From Amphiscolops sp. MND2022 (Eukaryota), in the NCBI GenBank assembly GCA_964187785.1, contig OZ076409.1:75394001-75458000 (forward strand): a stretch of 64,000 nt of DNA, in the 5' to 3' direction. Positions 25,541 through 38,800 of this stretch are shown one piece after another (positions within the stretch are counted from its first letter, which is position 1; each line of letters opens with the position of its first letter). The position numbers and the translations under genes are program-made. The notes under the pieces were generated by a model. That model searched no databases and was not told where the DNA came from. It saw only the letters and a program-made list of their open reading frames with translations.

Positions 25541-26817
25541 GTGCCGGGATTTCTATTCGATAAAGTAAGTTGCGCGGTTGGGTAGGGCCCCGTGAGCGCG
25601 CCCGTGTCTGTGTTTTTTGAACCTGAATTTGCGGGTGCCAAAATAGACGATCTCCTAAACTATCCATACGATTTGGCTCAAATTTGGCATACGGGTTCCT
25701 GAGACAGATATAAGAACTAATTCCTACTGGCGTTTTGCCCGGAAAATTTTTTTTGTTGCGCAAACTTGAAATTTTTGACAAAAAAATGCGATTTTTTTTG
25801 AAAAATTTTTTTTGAGAGGCCATATCTTTTTTCAGGGTGCCCGGAGCGGGACGCGTTAAACTGATTATAAACTCTACGGTTCACGGGCCGTACGGGGAAC
25901 CTATTTTTGTTGGAATCCGACTTGTAGATTTTGAGATATATTATCAAATTTGGGTGTTTTTTTTTCAATTTTTCGAAAAACCTGGTTTATCTCTGCCGTT
26001 TTTTGCCCAGATTTTTTTCTAGACCCTCTCCTAAAGGCCTCCCCTGGCCGGATTACGTGTCAGCAAAACCATTTGGCCCTAAATACGAAGTTTCAGCGTT
26101 CTAGCATTCTCGGGCGAAAAGTTGTGGGACTTAGAAAAATTTTTTTTAAAACGCAAAATGTGTAAAGTCAACTTCAGGCCTCCCAAAGTCAAGGAACTTC
26201 CACACAACTAGGATTGCAAGTGGATGCATGTGGAAAGTGCTTGAAGAGACGAGGAAAATGAGCTATTATAAAACTCTGTAGCTTAACCTGACGTTGACTT
26301 ATGACAATTTTAGTGTGAGCTTGCTATGTGAGAAAAAATTTCAAAAATTGAAAATCGAAGCTAAGTCTCATCCAAAACTCATCGGAATACGTTCAATCCA
26401 TTCCAAAGCGGTTTACTTCCAGCTATAGACTGCAGCAACACTTTTCAAGACCATTGTACCCCTTTATATTAGTTTTGACATTGTATTATTCATCCGAGAG
26501 CACAAAGCAGTTGAGTACATTCCATCTCCCTTTCGGGGGAGATGAGAATGTACTCGCTAAAGAACAGGTACTACAGCCAATTTTTGTATTTATGCGAAGC
26601 CATTCTATGCTAGTGCACATAACAACTATGCTATTGACTTAATTTTGCCTACACTTTGTTATGACATATGCTAAACGTTTGGTCCTTACAACAACATACA
26701 CATGACTAACGTCAACACCACATACTGTTACCAACGCCCACCGTCCGTGGGCATGCCGAGGCATGCCCTTCGACGACGTATGCCAAATACCTTCCAGCGA
26801 CGCTCGCGCTCCTCTAG
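25541..26817 (+). repeat. Unit subtype F (second copy 55181-56460)
   Basis: Head ...GATAAAGTAAGTTGCGCG...CCCGTGTCTGTG, tail CCTTCCAGCGACGCTCGCGCT; two near-identical copies ~29.6 kb apart. Confidence 0.92.
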
Positions 26818-29800
26818 GTGGCCGTGTCTTTTCGACGTGCTTTTGCATTGAGGAGTGGGTAGGGCCCCGCGACGACCTAGAAGAATTGGATGCTCACCGA
26901 AACGTGCAGAATTCTACGAGATCTCATAGTTTGAGCCATACGATTTTTCTGAAATTTGGCATGTGGCCTGGAATTGGTGAGTAGGTAAAACGTGTAGAAA
27001 GTAATTTTTCCCAAATTCCACTGTGAGAGGAGATATGGGCAAATAACGGACCCAAAAATGGCAAAAATGCACATTTTTCAACTTTGTCAGCCAATATCTC
27101 TTTTCCAGGTGCCCGTAGCGTTCCGCACGTGGACATCAATATTGCTCAGCGCTGTTGGAGGAGTGCGTGGACAAATTTTGGTTTAAATCGGACTTGAACT
27201 TGACGAGAAATTAACGGTTTTTTGGGCGTTTCCGGGGTAAATTTTTTAACGGTCCAGCTTATCTTTGCCATTTTTTCGAAAATGTACATGCCTAAAGGCC
27301 TCCCCCTGGCCGAATTTACTCCCAGCAAACCCATTTGGCCCTAAATACGGAGTTTCAGCGTTCCAGCATTCCGGGGCGGAAAGTTGTGGGACTTGGAAAA
27401 ATTTCAAATTTTTTTCAAAATTTTTTTTCCCGTTTTCCGGGCCCCCAATGAAGGGGAACGACCCCCCAACCAGTATTTTGAGTGAATTCATGTGGAACGC
27501 CCATGTTTGGAGGAGAAAAATGCCGTTTAGAACATCTTTTTATCTTAACTTGACATTGACTTATGACGTTTTGAATGTGATGTTAGGATATATGAAGCAT
27601 GTTAAAAGTTGAAGTTTTGAGTCTTTATCTCATCGGAAAACCATTGAGATACAAGCAGTTTTGCTAAAAACGATTTTCATTGTAGGTTAGCAGAGTATTA
27701 GTACACTTTGATGTCATTTGAGTATTTTTTTCTTCTATATAATAACTGTTTTTTTGTATTTATTCCAATTTATCTCATCTTTTAACATCAAGCAGTTGAG
27801 TACATTTCATCTCCCTTTCGGGGGAGATGAGAGTGTACTCGCTAAAAACCTAATGCTATGGCGCCAATGTTTGGATGGGAAGTTTTCTATGCTTTGGAAA
27901 AAGTTATTTTTAATTACTTGATTTTTTAAAACAATAATTAACATGAAGTACATTACTTGCTCCTACTACTACCACCATACATCTCTAACGTCAACGCCCC
28001 CTGCTTGCATCAACGCCCCATCGTCCGTGGGCATGCCGAGGCATGCCCTTCGACGACGTATGCCAAATGCCCAGTGCCACGCAGTCTTTCCCCGCTAGGT
28101 GGCCGTGTCTTTTCGACGTGCTTTTGCATTGAGGAGTGGGTAGGGCCCCGCGACGACCTAGAAGAATTGGATGCTCACCGAAACGTGCAGAATTCTACGA
28201 GATCTCATAGTTTGAGCCATACGATTTTGCTGAAATTTGGCATGTGGCCTGGAATTGGTGAGTAGGTAAAACGTGTAGGAGGTGATTTTTCCCAAATTCC
28301 ACTGTGAGACGAGATATGGGCAAATAACGGTCCCAAAAATGGCAAAAATGCACTTTTTTCAACTTTGTCAGCCCATATCTCGTTCCCAGGTGCCCGGAGC
28401 GGGACGCGTTAAGCTGATTATAAACTCTAGGGTGTTGAGGCTGTACGGTGAACTTGGGCCCGTTCCGATCCGACTTGTAGTCTTGGAGAAATAACGGTAT
28501 TTTTGGGGAACCTTTTCTAACGGTCCAGCTTATCTTTGCCATTTTTTCGAAAATGTACTCGCCTAAAGGCCTCCCCCTGGCCGAATTTACTCCCAGCAAA
28601 ACCATTTGGCCCTAAATACGGAGTTTCAGCGTTCCAGCATTCCCGGGCGAAAAGTTGTGGGACTTGGAAAATTTTCAAAAATTTTCAAAAAATTTTTTTT
28701 CGTTTTCCGGGCCCCCAATGAAGGGGAAACGACCCCCCAACCAGTATTTTGAGTGAATTCATGTGGAAAGCCCTTGTTTTGACGAGAAAAATACCGTTTA
28801 GAACATCTTTTTATCTTGACTCAACGTTGACTTATGACGTTTTGAATGTGATGTAAGGATGTAGGAGGCATGTGATAAGTTGATGTTTTGAGTCTTTATC
28901 TCATATGAAAGCGGTTGAGATGCAAGCTGTCCTGCTCAAAACGTCTTTCGTTGTAATTTTCCAGTGCACCAATACCCTTTGGTGTCATATAAACATACTT
29001 TTTGTCGATATATTAACAATTTTAATGTATTTATTCCAATTTTTATTATCTTATAACTCAAAACAGTTGAGTACATTTCATCTCCCTTTCGGGGGAGATG
29101 AGAATGTACTCGCTAAAGACCTAGCGCCATGACCAAAAGTTTGAAACCCACGTTTTTTATCTTCTTATAGACTTGTTTTTGTATTTTTTCGGAATTTTTT
29201 AAAAATTAATATACTTGAAATACATTACTTGACTTTACTACTACAACCCACCTCCAACGACAACGCCCCCCTGCTTGCATCAACGCCCACCGTCCGTGGG
29301 CATGCCGAGGCATGCCCTTCGACGACGTATGCCAAATGCCCAGTGCCACGCAGTCATTATCGCTAGGTGCCGGTGTCTTTTTACACAATGGGGGAAGTTG
29401 CGCGGTTGGGGAGGGTCCCTGACGCGCTTCCGTGAGATCAGGTTTTTCAACTAGTGAAATCGACAAAGAAAATTGGGATCTCGTAAACTAGCCATACGAT
29501 TTGGCTGAAATTTGGCACACGTACCCCCCTCGGCACGGTGAAGATGATTCCCTACTGACGTTTTTCCCGCTAAACATTTTTTGTTGACCAAAATAACGGT
29601 TTTCGGGGTAAAATTTTCAACTTTTTTTAAATTTCATCTTATATCTCGCCACGGGTGCACGCTAGCGCTTCCAAACCTTGCTGACGAAAGTTTGCAAACT
29701 GTCTCAGGAATGCTGTGTGAAAATTTCAGCTCAATCGGACTTAAACTCGAGGAGATATAGCGTTTTTCCGGAGCGGGGGGTTTCATTTTTCCAACGGTCC

Positions 29801-32800
29801 AGCTTATCTTTGCCATTTTTTCGAAAATGCACTCGCCTAAAGGCCTCCCCTGGCCGGTTTTATTCCCAGCAAAACCATTTGGCCCTAAATACGGAGTTTC
29901 AGCGTTCCAGCATTCTCGGGCGAAAAGTTGTGGGACTTAGAAAATTTCAAAAATTTTCAAAAAATTTTTTTTTCGTTATTTGGGCCCCCAAAGTGGGGGA
30001 AAAGACCCCCAACCAGTAAATCAAGTGAATGCATGTGGAAAGGCCATGTTTAGAGGAGAAAAATGCCGTTTAGAACGTCTTTTTATCTTGGCTCAACGTT
30101 GACTTATGACGTTTTAAAGGTGATGTTTGGAGGTGTAAAACAAGTGAATAGTAAACGTTATGAGTATTTATCTGATCTGAAAGCCATTGAGATGCAATAT
30201 GATTGCTCAAAACGTACTTCATTGCAGTTTGGCAATCAATCAACACCCTTTGTTGTCATTTGACATCTTTTTTTGTTGATATAAGAAAAACTTTCGTGTA
30301 TTTATTCATTTTTTTCTCATCAAATAACTTGAAACAGTTGAGTACATTCCATCCCCCCTTCACGGGGGAGATGAGAATGTACTCGCAGAAAGCCCCGAAC
30401 TACGGCCCTTACCTTCCTGAGCTACGCAGTATAAGGATTACATATTTGTTCCGACATTTTCATAGAGTTAAATCTTGGTAATCTGTGTGGATATGCCGAA
30501 AAATCAGCACGTGCCTTTTAATACCAAGTTGCTCACAACGACATTTATTTTATATCAACGCCCCCATATTTATCAACGCCCCCCGTCCGTGGGCATGCCG
30601 AGGCATGCCCTTAGACGACGTATACCAAAATATATTCGAGCGCGGTAGCCGCTAGGTGCCCGGATTTCTATTCATTAAAGTATGTTGCGCGTGTGGGTAG
30701 GGCCCCGTGGCGCGCTCTTGTGTCCCTGTTTTAAAATCTGCAATTTCCGGCTGCTTTCGGAGCGATTTTCTAAACTATCCATACGATTCGGCTGAAATTT
30801 GGCATGTGAGTTCCTATGACAGTTCTAAGAAACATTTCCTACTGGCGTTTTGCCCGGAAAATTTTTTTTGTTGACTTATAACGGTTTTTTTGGCCAAAAA
30901 ATGCAATTTTTTCAAAAATTTTTTTTTTCGGAGCCCATATCTTTTTTCAGGGTGCCCGGAGCGGGACGCGTTAAACTGATTATAAACTCTACGGTTCATG
31001 GGCTTTACGGAGAACCTAGGCTCGTTTCGATCGGACAAATAGTCTTGGAGATATAACGGCATTTTTTGGGAATTTTTTGGAAATTTTTCTAACGGTCCAG
31101 CTTATCTTTGCCATTTTTTCGAAAATGTACTCGCCTAAAGGCCTCCCCTGGCCGGTTTTAATCCCAGCAAAACCATTTGGCCCTAAATACGGAGTTTCAG
31201 CGTTCCAGCATTCCCGGGCGAAAAGTTGTGGGACTTAGAAAAATTTCAAAATTTTTCAAAATTTTTTTTTTCCGTTTTCCGCCCTCCCCCCCGAGGGGAA
31301 AAGACCCCCCAACCAGTAATTTGAGTGAATTCATGTGGAAAGGCCATGTTTAGAGAAGAAAAATGCCGTTTAGATCGTCTTTTTATTTTAACCTGTCGTT
31401 GACTTATGTTGTTTTGAAGGTGATGTTTGGATGTGTGAAGCATGTGAAAAGGTAATTTATTGTGTCTTTAGCTCTTCTAAAAGTCATTGAGATACACGGT
31501 GTGTGACTCAGAACGTGTTTAATTCTAATTTAGCAATGCATCAACACTTTTTTGTGTCTCTTGACTCTGTTAAAAAAACTTTTTTCCTCATAAATTGAAA
31601 AAATTTTACCAATTTTTCATTTTTTTTCTGATCTAATGACTCGAAACAGTTGAGTACATTCCATCTCCCTTCCCGGGGGAGATGAGAATGTACTCTCTAA
31701 AGACCAGCTACTACAGTACTTACCTTCCCCGAGCAACGCCCCATAAAAATTGCGTTTTGATCATTCTATTTTGACATAAATCTATCTTTGTAATTTGACT
31801 GGAAATGAAGAAAATGCCGCACGTGCTCTTTTATATCAAGTATCTTAACAACGCCATCTCTTTTACGTCAACGCCCCATAGTTCACATCAACGCCCACCG
31901 TCCGTGGGCATGCCGAGGCATGCCCTTCGACGACGTATGCCAAGATATATCCCAAGCGCGGTAGCCGCTAGGTGGCCGTGTCTTTTCGACGTGCTTTTGC
32001 ATTGAGGAGTGGGTAGGGCCCCGCGACGACCTAGAAGAATTGGATGCTCACCGAAACGTGCAGAATTCTACGAGATCTCATAGTTTGAGCCATACGATTT
32101 TTCTGAAATTTGGCATGTGGCCTGGAATTGGTGAGTAGGTAAAACGTGTAGAAGGTAATTTTTCCCAAATTCCACTGTGAGAGGAGATATGGGCAAATAA
32201 CGGACCCAAAAATGGCAAAAATGCACATTTTTCAACTTTGTCAGCCAATATCTCTTTTCCAGGTGCCCGTAGCGTTCCGCACGTGGACATCAATATTGCT
32301 CAGCGCTGTTGGAGGAGTGCGTGGACAAATTTTGGTTTAAATCGGACTTAAACTTGACGAGAAATTAACGGTTTTTTGGGCGTTTCCGGGGTAAATTTTT
32401 TAACGGTCCAGCTTATCTTTGCCATTTTTTCGAAAATGTACATGCCTAAAGGCCTCCCCCTGGCCGAATTTACTCCCAGCAAACCCATTTGGCCCTAAAT
32501 ACGGAGTTTCAGCGTTCCAGCATTCCGGGGCGGAAAGTTGTGGGACTTGGAAAAATTTCAAATTTTTTTCAAAATTTTTTTTCCCGTTTTCCGGGCCCCC
32601 AATGAAGGGGAACGACCCCCCAACCAGTATTTTGAGTGAATTCATGTGGAACGCCCATGTTTGGAGGAGAAAAATGCCGTTTAGCACATCTTTTTATCTT
32701 AACTTGACATTGACTTATGACGTTTTGAATGTGATGTTAGGATATATGAAGCATGTTAAAAGTTGAAGTTTTGAGTCTTTATCTCATCGGAAAACCATTG

Positions 32801-35800
32801 AGATACAAGCAGTTTTGCTAAAAACGATTTTCATTGTAGGTTAGCAGAGTATTAGTACACTTTGATGTCATTTGAGTATTTTTTTCTTCTATATAATAAC
32901 TGTTTTTTTGTATTTATTCCAATTTATCTCATCTTTTAACATCAAGCAGTTGAGTACATTTCATCTCCCTTTCGGGGGAGATGAGAGTGTACTCGCTAAA
33001 AACCTAATGCTATGGCGCCAATGTTTGGATGGGAAGTTTTCTATGCTTTGAAAAAAGTTATTTTTAATTACTTGATTTTTTAAAACAATAATTAACATGA
33101 AGTACATTACTTGCTCCTACTACTACCACCATACATCTCTAACGTCAACGCCCCCTGCTTGCATCAACGCCCCATCGTCCGTGGGCATGCCGAGGCATGC
33201 CCTTCGACGACGTATGCCAAATGCCCAGTGCCACGCAGTCTTTCCCCGCTAGGTGCCGGGATTTCTATTCGATAAGGTATTTTGCGCGTGTGGGTAGGGT
33301 CCCTGGCGCGCTCTTGGGTATGGTGTTCACCAGCTAGGAAATAGGGGTCGATTTTTCGGGATCTCCTAAACTAGCCACACGATTTGGCTGAAATTTGGCA
33401 CACGTACCCCCCTCGGCACGGTGAAGATGATTTCCTACTGACGTTTTTCCCGCAAAATTTTTTTTGTTGTCCAAAATAACGGTTTTTGGGGTAAAATTTT
33501 CAACTTTTTTAAAATTTCATCTTATATCTCGCCGCGCGTACACGCTAGCGCTTCCAAACCTTGCTGACGAAAGTTTGCAAACTGTCTCAGGAATGCGGTG
33601 TGAAATTTTCAGCTCAATCGGACTTAAACTCGGGGAGATATAGCGTTTTTCCGGAGCGGGGGGGTTTCATTTTTCTAACGGTCCAGCTTATCTTAGCCAT
33701 TTTTTCGAAAATGTACTCGCCTAAAGACCTCCCCTGGCCGGTTTTATTCCCAGCAAAACCATTTGGCCCTAAATACGGAGTTTCAGCGTTCCAGCATTCC
33801 CGGGCGAAAAGTTGTGGGACTTAGAAAAATTCAAAAATTTTCAAAAAAAATTTTTTCCGTTTTCCGCCCTCCCCCCCTAGGGGAAAAGACCCCCCAACCA
33901 GTAATTTGAGTGAATTCATGTGGAAAGGCCATGTTTAGACGAAAAAATTGCCGTTTAGAACGTCTTTCTATCTCAACCTGACATTGACTTATGAAGCTTT
34001 AAAGGTGATGTTTGGACGTGTGAAGCATGTAAAAAAAGGAATTTTTTTGATTTTATTTCATCAGAAAGTCATTGAATCACACGCTGTGAAGCCCAGAGCG
34101 TGGTTTCTAATAGTTTGGTATCGTTTAAACGCATTTTGGTGTCTTTTTACTCTGTTTAAAAAACTTTTCTCCTGAAAATTAATAAATTTTGATTACTTTT
34201 CTTACTTTCCATTAATTTTTTTTCTTATATTTTTACTTGAAACAGTTGAGTACATTCCATCTCCCTTCCCGGGGGAGATGAGAATGTACTCGCAAAAAGC
34301 CGCGAACTACGGCCCATACCTTCCCGAGATACGCAGTATAAAGATAACATAATGGTCCAGACATTTTAATGGAGTTGTATCTTGGTAATATGTCTGGATT
34401 TGCAGAAAAATCAGCACGTGCCATTTTATACCAAGTTGCTCGCAACGACAATTAATTTAAATCAACGCCCCCCACAAAAATCAACGCCCCCCGTCCGTGG
34501 GCATGCCGAGGCATGCCCTTCGACGACGTGCACCAAAATATGCCCCGAGCGCGTTAGCAGCTAGGTGCCGGGATTTCTATTCGATAAAGTATGTGGCGCG
34601 CCTTGGGTAGGGTCCCTTGCGCGCTCTTGGGTATGGTGTTCACCAGCTAGGAAACAGGGGTCGATTTTTCGGGATCTCCTAAACTAGCCACACGATTTGG
34701 CTGAAATTTGGCACACGTACTCCCCTCGGCACGGTGAAGATGATTTCCTACTGACGTTTTTCCCGCAAAATTTTTTTTGTTGTCCAAAATAACAGTTTTT
34801 GGGGTAAAATTTTGAATTTTTTTTAAATTTTATCTTATATCTCGCCACCGGTTTACGCTAGCGCTTCAAAACCCTGCTAAAGAAAGCTTGCAAACTGTCT
34901 CAGGAATGCGGTGAGAAATTTTCAGCTCAATCGGACTTAAACTCAGGGAGATATAGCGTTTTTCCGGAGCGGGGGGGTTTCATTTTTCTAACGGTCCAGC
35001 TTATCTTTGCCATTTTTTCGAAAATGTACTCGCCTAAAGGCCTCCCCTGGCCGGTTTTAATCCCAGCAAAACCATTTGGCCCTAAATACGGAGTTTCAGC
35101 GTTCCAGCATTCCCGGGCGAAAAGTTGTGGGACTTGGAAAAATTTCAAAATTTTTCAAAAATTTTTTTTTCCGTTTTCCGCCCACCCCCCCGAGGGGAAA
35201 AGACCCCCCAACCAGTAATTTGAGTGAATTCATGTGGAAAGGCCATGTTTAGAGGAGAAAAATGCCGTTTAGATCGTCTTTTTATTTTAACCTGTCGTTG
35301 ACTTATGTTGTTTTGAAGGTGATGTTTGGATGTGTGAAGCATGTGAAAAGGTAATTTATTGTGTCTTTAGCTCTTCTAAAAGTCATTGAGATACACGGTG
35401 TGTGACTCAGAACGTGTTTAATTCTAATTTAGCAATGCATCAACACTTTTTTGTGTCTTTTGACTCTGTTTTAAAAAATTTTTCCGACTAAAATCAAAAA
35501 TTATTTATAATTATTCACATTTTTTTTCTGATCTCATGACTCGAAACAGTTGAGTACATTCCATCTCCCTTCACGGGGGAGATGAGAATGTACTCTTTAG
35601 AGACCAGGTACTACAGTACTTACCTTCCCCGAGCAACGCCCCATAAAAATTGCGTTTTGATCCAGATATTTTGACATAATTTTATCTTTGTAATTTGACT
35701 GGAAATGAAGAAAATGCCGCACGTGCTCTTTTATATCAAGTATCTTAACAACGCCATCTCTTTTACGTCAACGCCCCATAGTTCACATCAACGCCCACCG

Positions 35801-38800
35801 TCCGTGGGCATGCCGAGGCATGCCCTTCGACGACGTATACCAAGATATACTCCCGAGCGCGGTAGCCGCTAGGTGCCGGGATTTCTATTCGATAAAGTAT
35901 GTTGCGCGTGTGGGTAGGGTCCCTGGCGCGCTCTTGGGTATGGTGTTCACCAGCTAGGAAATAGGGGTCGATTTTTCGGGATCTCCTAAACTAGCCACAC
36001 GATTTGGCTGAAATTTGGCACACGTACCCCCCTCGGCACGGTGAAGATGATTTCCTACTGACGTTTTGCTCGCAAAATTTTTTTTGTTGTCCAAAATAAC
36101 GGTTTTTGGGGTAAAATTTTGAACTTTTTTTAAATTTCATCTTATATCTCGCCACCGGTTTACGCTAGCGCTTCAAAACCCTGCTAAAGAAAGCTTGCAA
36201 ACTGTCTCAGGAATGCTGTGTGAAAATTTCAGCTCAATCGGACTTAAACTCGGGGAGATATAGCGTTTTTCCGGAGCGGGGGGGTTTCATTTTTCTAACG
36301 GTCCAGCTTATCTTTGCCATTTTTTCGAAAATGTACTCGCCTAAAGACCTCCCCTGGCCGGTTTTATTCCCAGCAAAACCATTTGGCCCTAAATACGGAG
36401 TTTCAGCGTTCCAGCATTCCCGGGCGAAAAGTTGTGGGACTTAGAAAAGTTCAAAAATTTTCAAAAAATTTTTTTTCCGTTTTCCGCCCTCCCCCCCTAG
36501 GGGAAAAGACCCCCCAACCAGTAATTTGAGTGAATTCATGTGGAAAGGCCATGTTTAGAGGAGAAAAATGCCGTTTAGAACGTCTTTTTATCTTGGCTCA
36601 ACGTTGATTTATGACGTTTTGAAGGTGATGTTTGGAGGTGTAAAGCACGTGAATAGTAAACGTTATGAGTATTTATCTGATCTGAAAGCCATTGAGATGA
36701 ATATGGTTTGCTCAAAACGTAATTCATGGCAGTTTGGCAATCAATCAACACCCTTTGTTGTCGTTTGACATACTTTTTTGTTGTTATAATAAAAAATTTT
36801 GTGTATTTATTCATTTTTTTCTCATCAAATAACTTGAAACAGTTGAGTACATTCCATCCCCCCTTCCGGGGGAGATGAGAATGTACTCGCAAAAAGCACC
36901 GAACTACGGCCCTTACCTTCCCGAGCTACGCAGTATAAGGATTACATATTGGTTCCGACATTTTCATAGAGTTAAATCTTGGTAATCTGTCTGGATATGC
37001 AGAAAAACCAGCACGTGCTTTTTTATACCAAGTTGCTTACAACGACAATTATTTTATATCAACGCCCCCATATTTATCAACGCCCCCCGTCCGTGGGCAT
37101 GCCGAGGCATGCCCTTCGACGACGTATACCAAGATATACATCGAGCGCGTTAGCCTAGGTGGCCGTGTCTTTTCGACGTGCTTTTGCATTGAGGAGTGGG
37201 TAGGGCCCCGCGACGACCTAGAAGAATTGGATGCTCACCGAAACGTGCAGAATTCTACGAGATCTCATAGTTTGAGCCATACGATTTTGCTGAAATTTGG
37301 CATGTGGCCTGGAATTGGTGAGTAGGTAAAACGTGTAGGAGGTGATTTTTCCCAAATTCCACTGTGAGACGAGATATGGGCAAATAACGGTCCCAAAAAT
37401 GGCAAAAATGCACTTTTTTCAACTTTGTCAGCCCATATCTCGTTCCCAGGTGCCCGGAGCGGGACGCGTTAAGCTGATTATAAACTCTAGGGTGTTGAGG
37501 CTGTACGGGGAAGTCAGGCCCGTTCCGATCGGACCTGTAGTCTTGGAGAAATAACGGTATTTTTGGGGAACCTTTTCTAACGGTCCAGCTTATCTTTGCC
37601 ATTTTTTCGAAAATGTACTCGCCTAAAGGCCTCCCCCTGGCCGAATTTACTCCCAGCAAAACCATTTGGCCCTAAATACGGAGTTTCAGCGTTCCAGCAT
37701 TCCCGGGCGAAAAGTTGTGGGACTTGGAAAATTTTCAAAAATTTTCAAAAAATTTTTTTTTCGTTTTCCGGGCCCCCAATGAAGGGGAAACGACCCCCCA
37801 ACAAGTATTTTGAGTGAATTCATGTGGAAAGCCCTTGTTTTGACGAGAAAAATACCGTTTAGAACATCTTTTTATCTTGACTCAACGTTGACTTATGACG
37901 TTTTGAATGTGATGTAAGGATGTAGGAGGCATGTGATAAGTTGATGTTTTGAGTCTTTATCTCATATGAAAGCGGTTGAGATGCAAGCTGTCCTGCTCAA
38001 AACGTCTTTCGTTGTAACTTTCCAGTGCACCAATACCCTTTGGTGTCATATAAACATACTTTTTGTCGATATATTAACAATTTTAATGTATTTATTCCAA
38101 TTTTTATTATCTTATAACTCAAAACAGTTGAGTACATTTCATCTCCCTTTCGGGGGAGATGAGAATGTACTCGCTAAAGACCTAGCGCCATGACCAAAAG
38201 TTTGAAACCCACGTTTTTTATCTTCTTACAGACTTGTTTTTGTATTTTTTCGGAATTTTTTAAAAATTAATATACTTGAAATACATTACTTGACTTTACT
38301 ACTACAACCCACCTCCAACGACAACGCCCCCCGGCTTGCATCAACGCCCACCGTCCGTGGGCATGCCGAGGCATGCCCTTCGACGACGTATGCCAAATGC
38401 CCAGTGCCACGCAGTCATTATCGCTAGGTGCCGGTGTTTTTTTACACAATGGGGGAAGTTGCGCGGTTGGGGAGGGTCCCTGACGCGCTTCCGTGGTATC
38501 GGGTCTTTCAACCGATGAAAACGACATAAAAAATTGGGATCTCGAAAACTAGCCATACGATTTGGCTGAAATTTGGCACACGTACCCCCCTCGGCACGGT
38601 GAAGATGATTCCCTACTGACGTTTTTCCCGCTAAACATTTTTTGTTGACCAAAATAACGGTTTTTGGGGTAAAATTTTCAACTTTTTTTAAATTTCATCT
38701 TATATCTCGCCACGGGTACACGCTAGCGCTTCCAAACCTTGCTGACGAAAGTTTGCAAACTGTCTCAGGAATGCTGTGTGAAAATTTCAGCTCAATCGGA

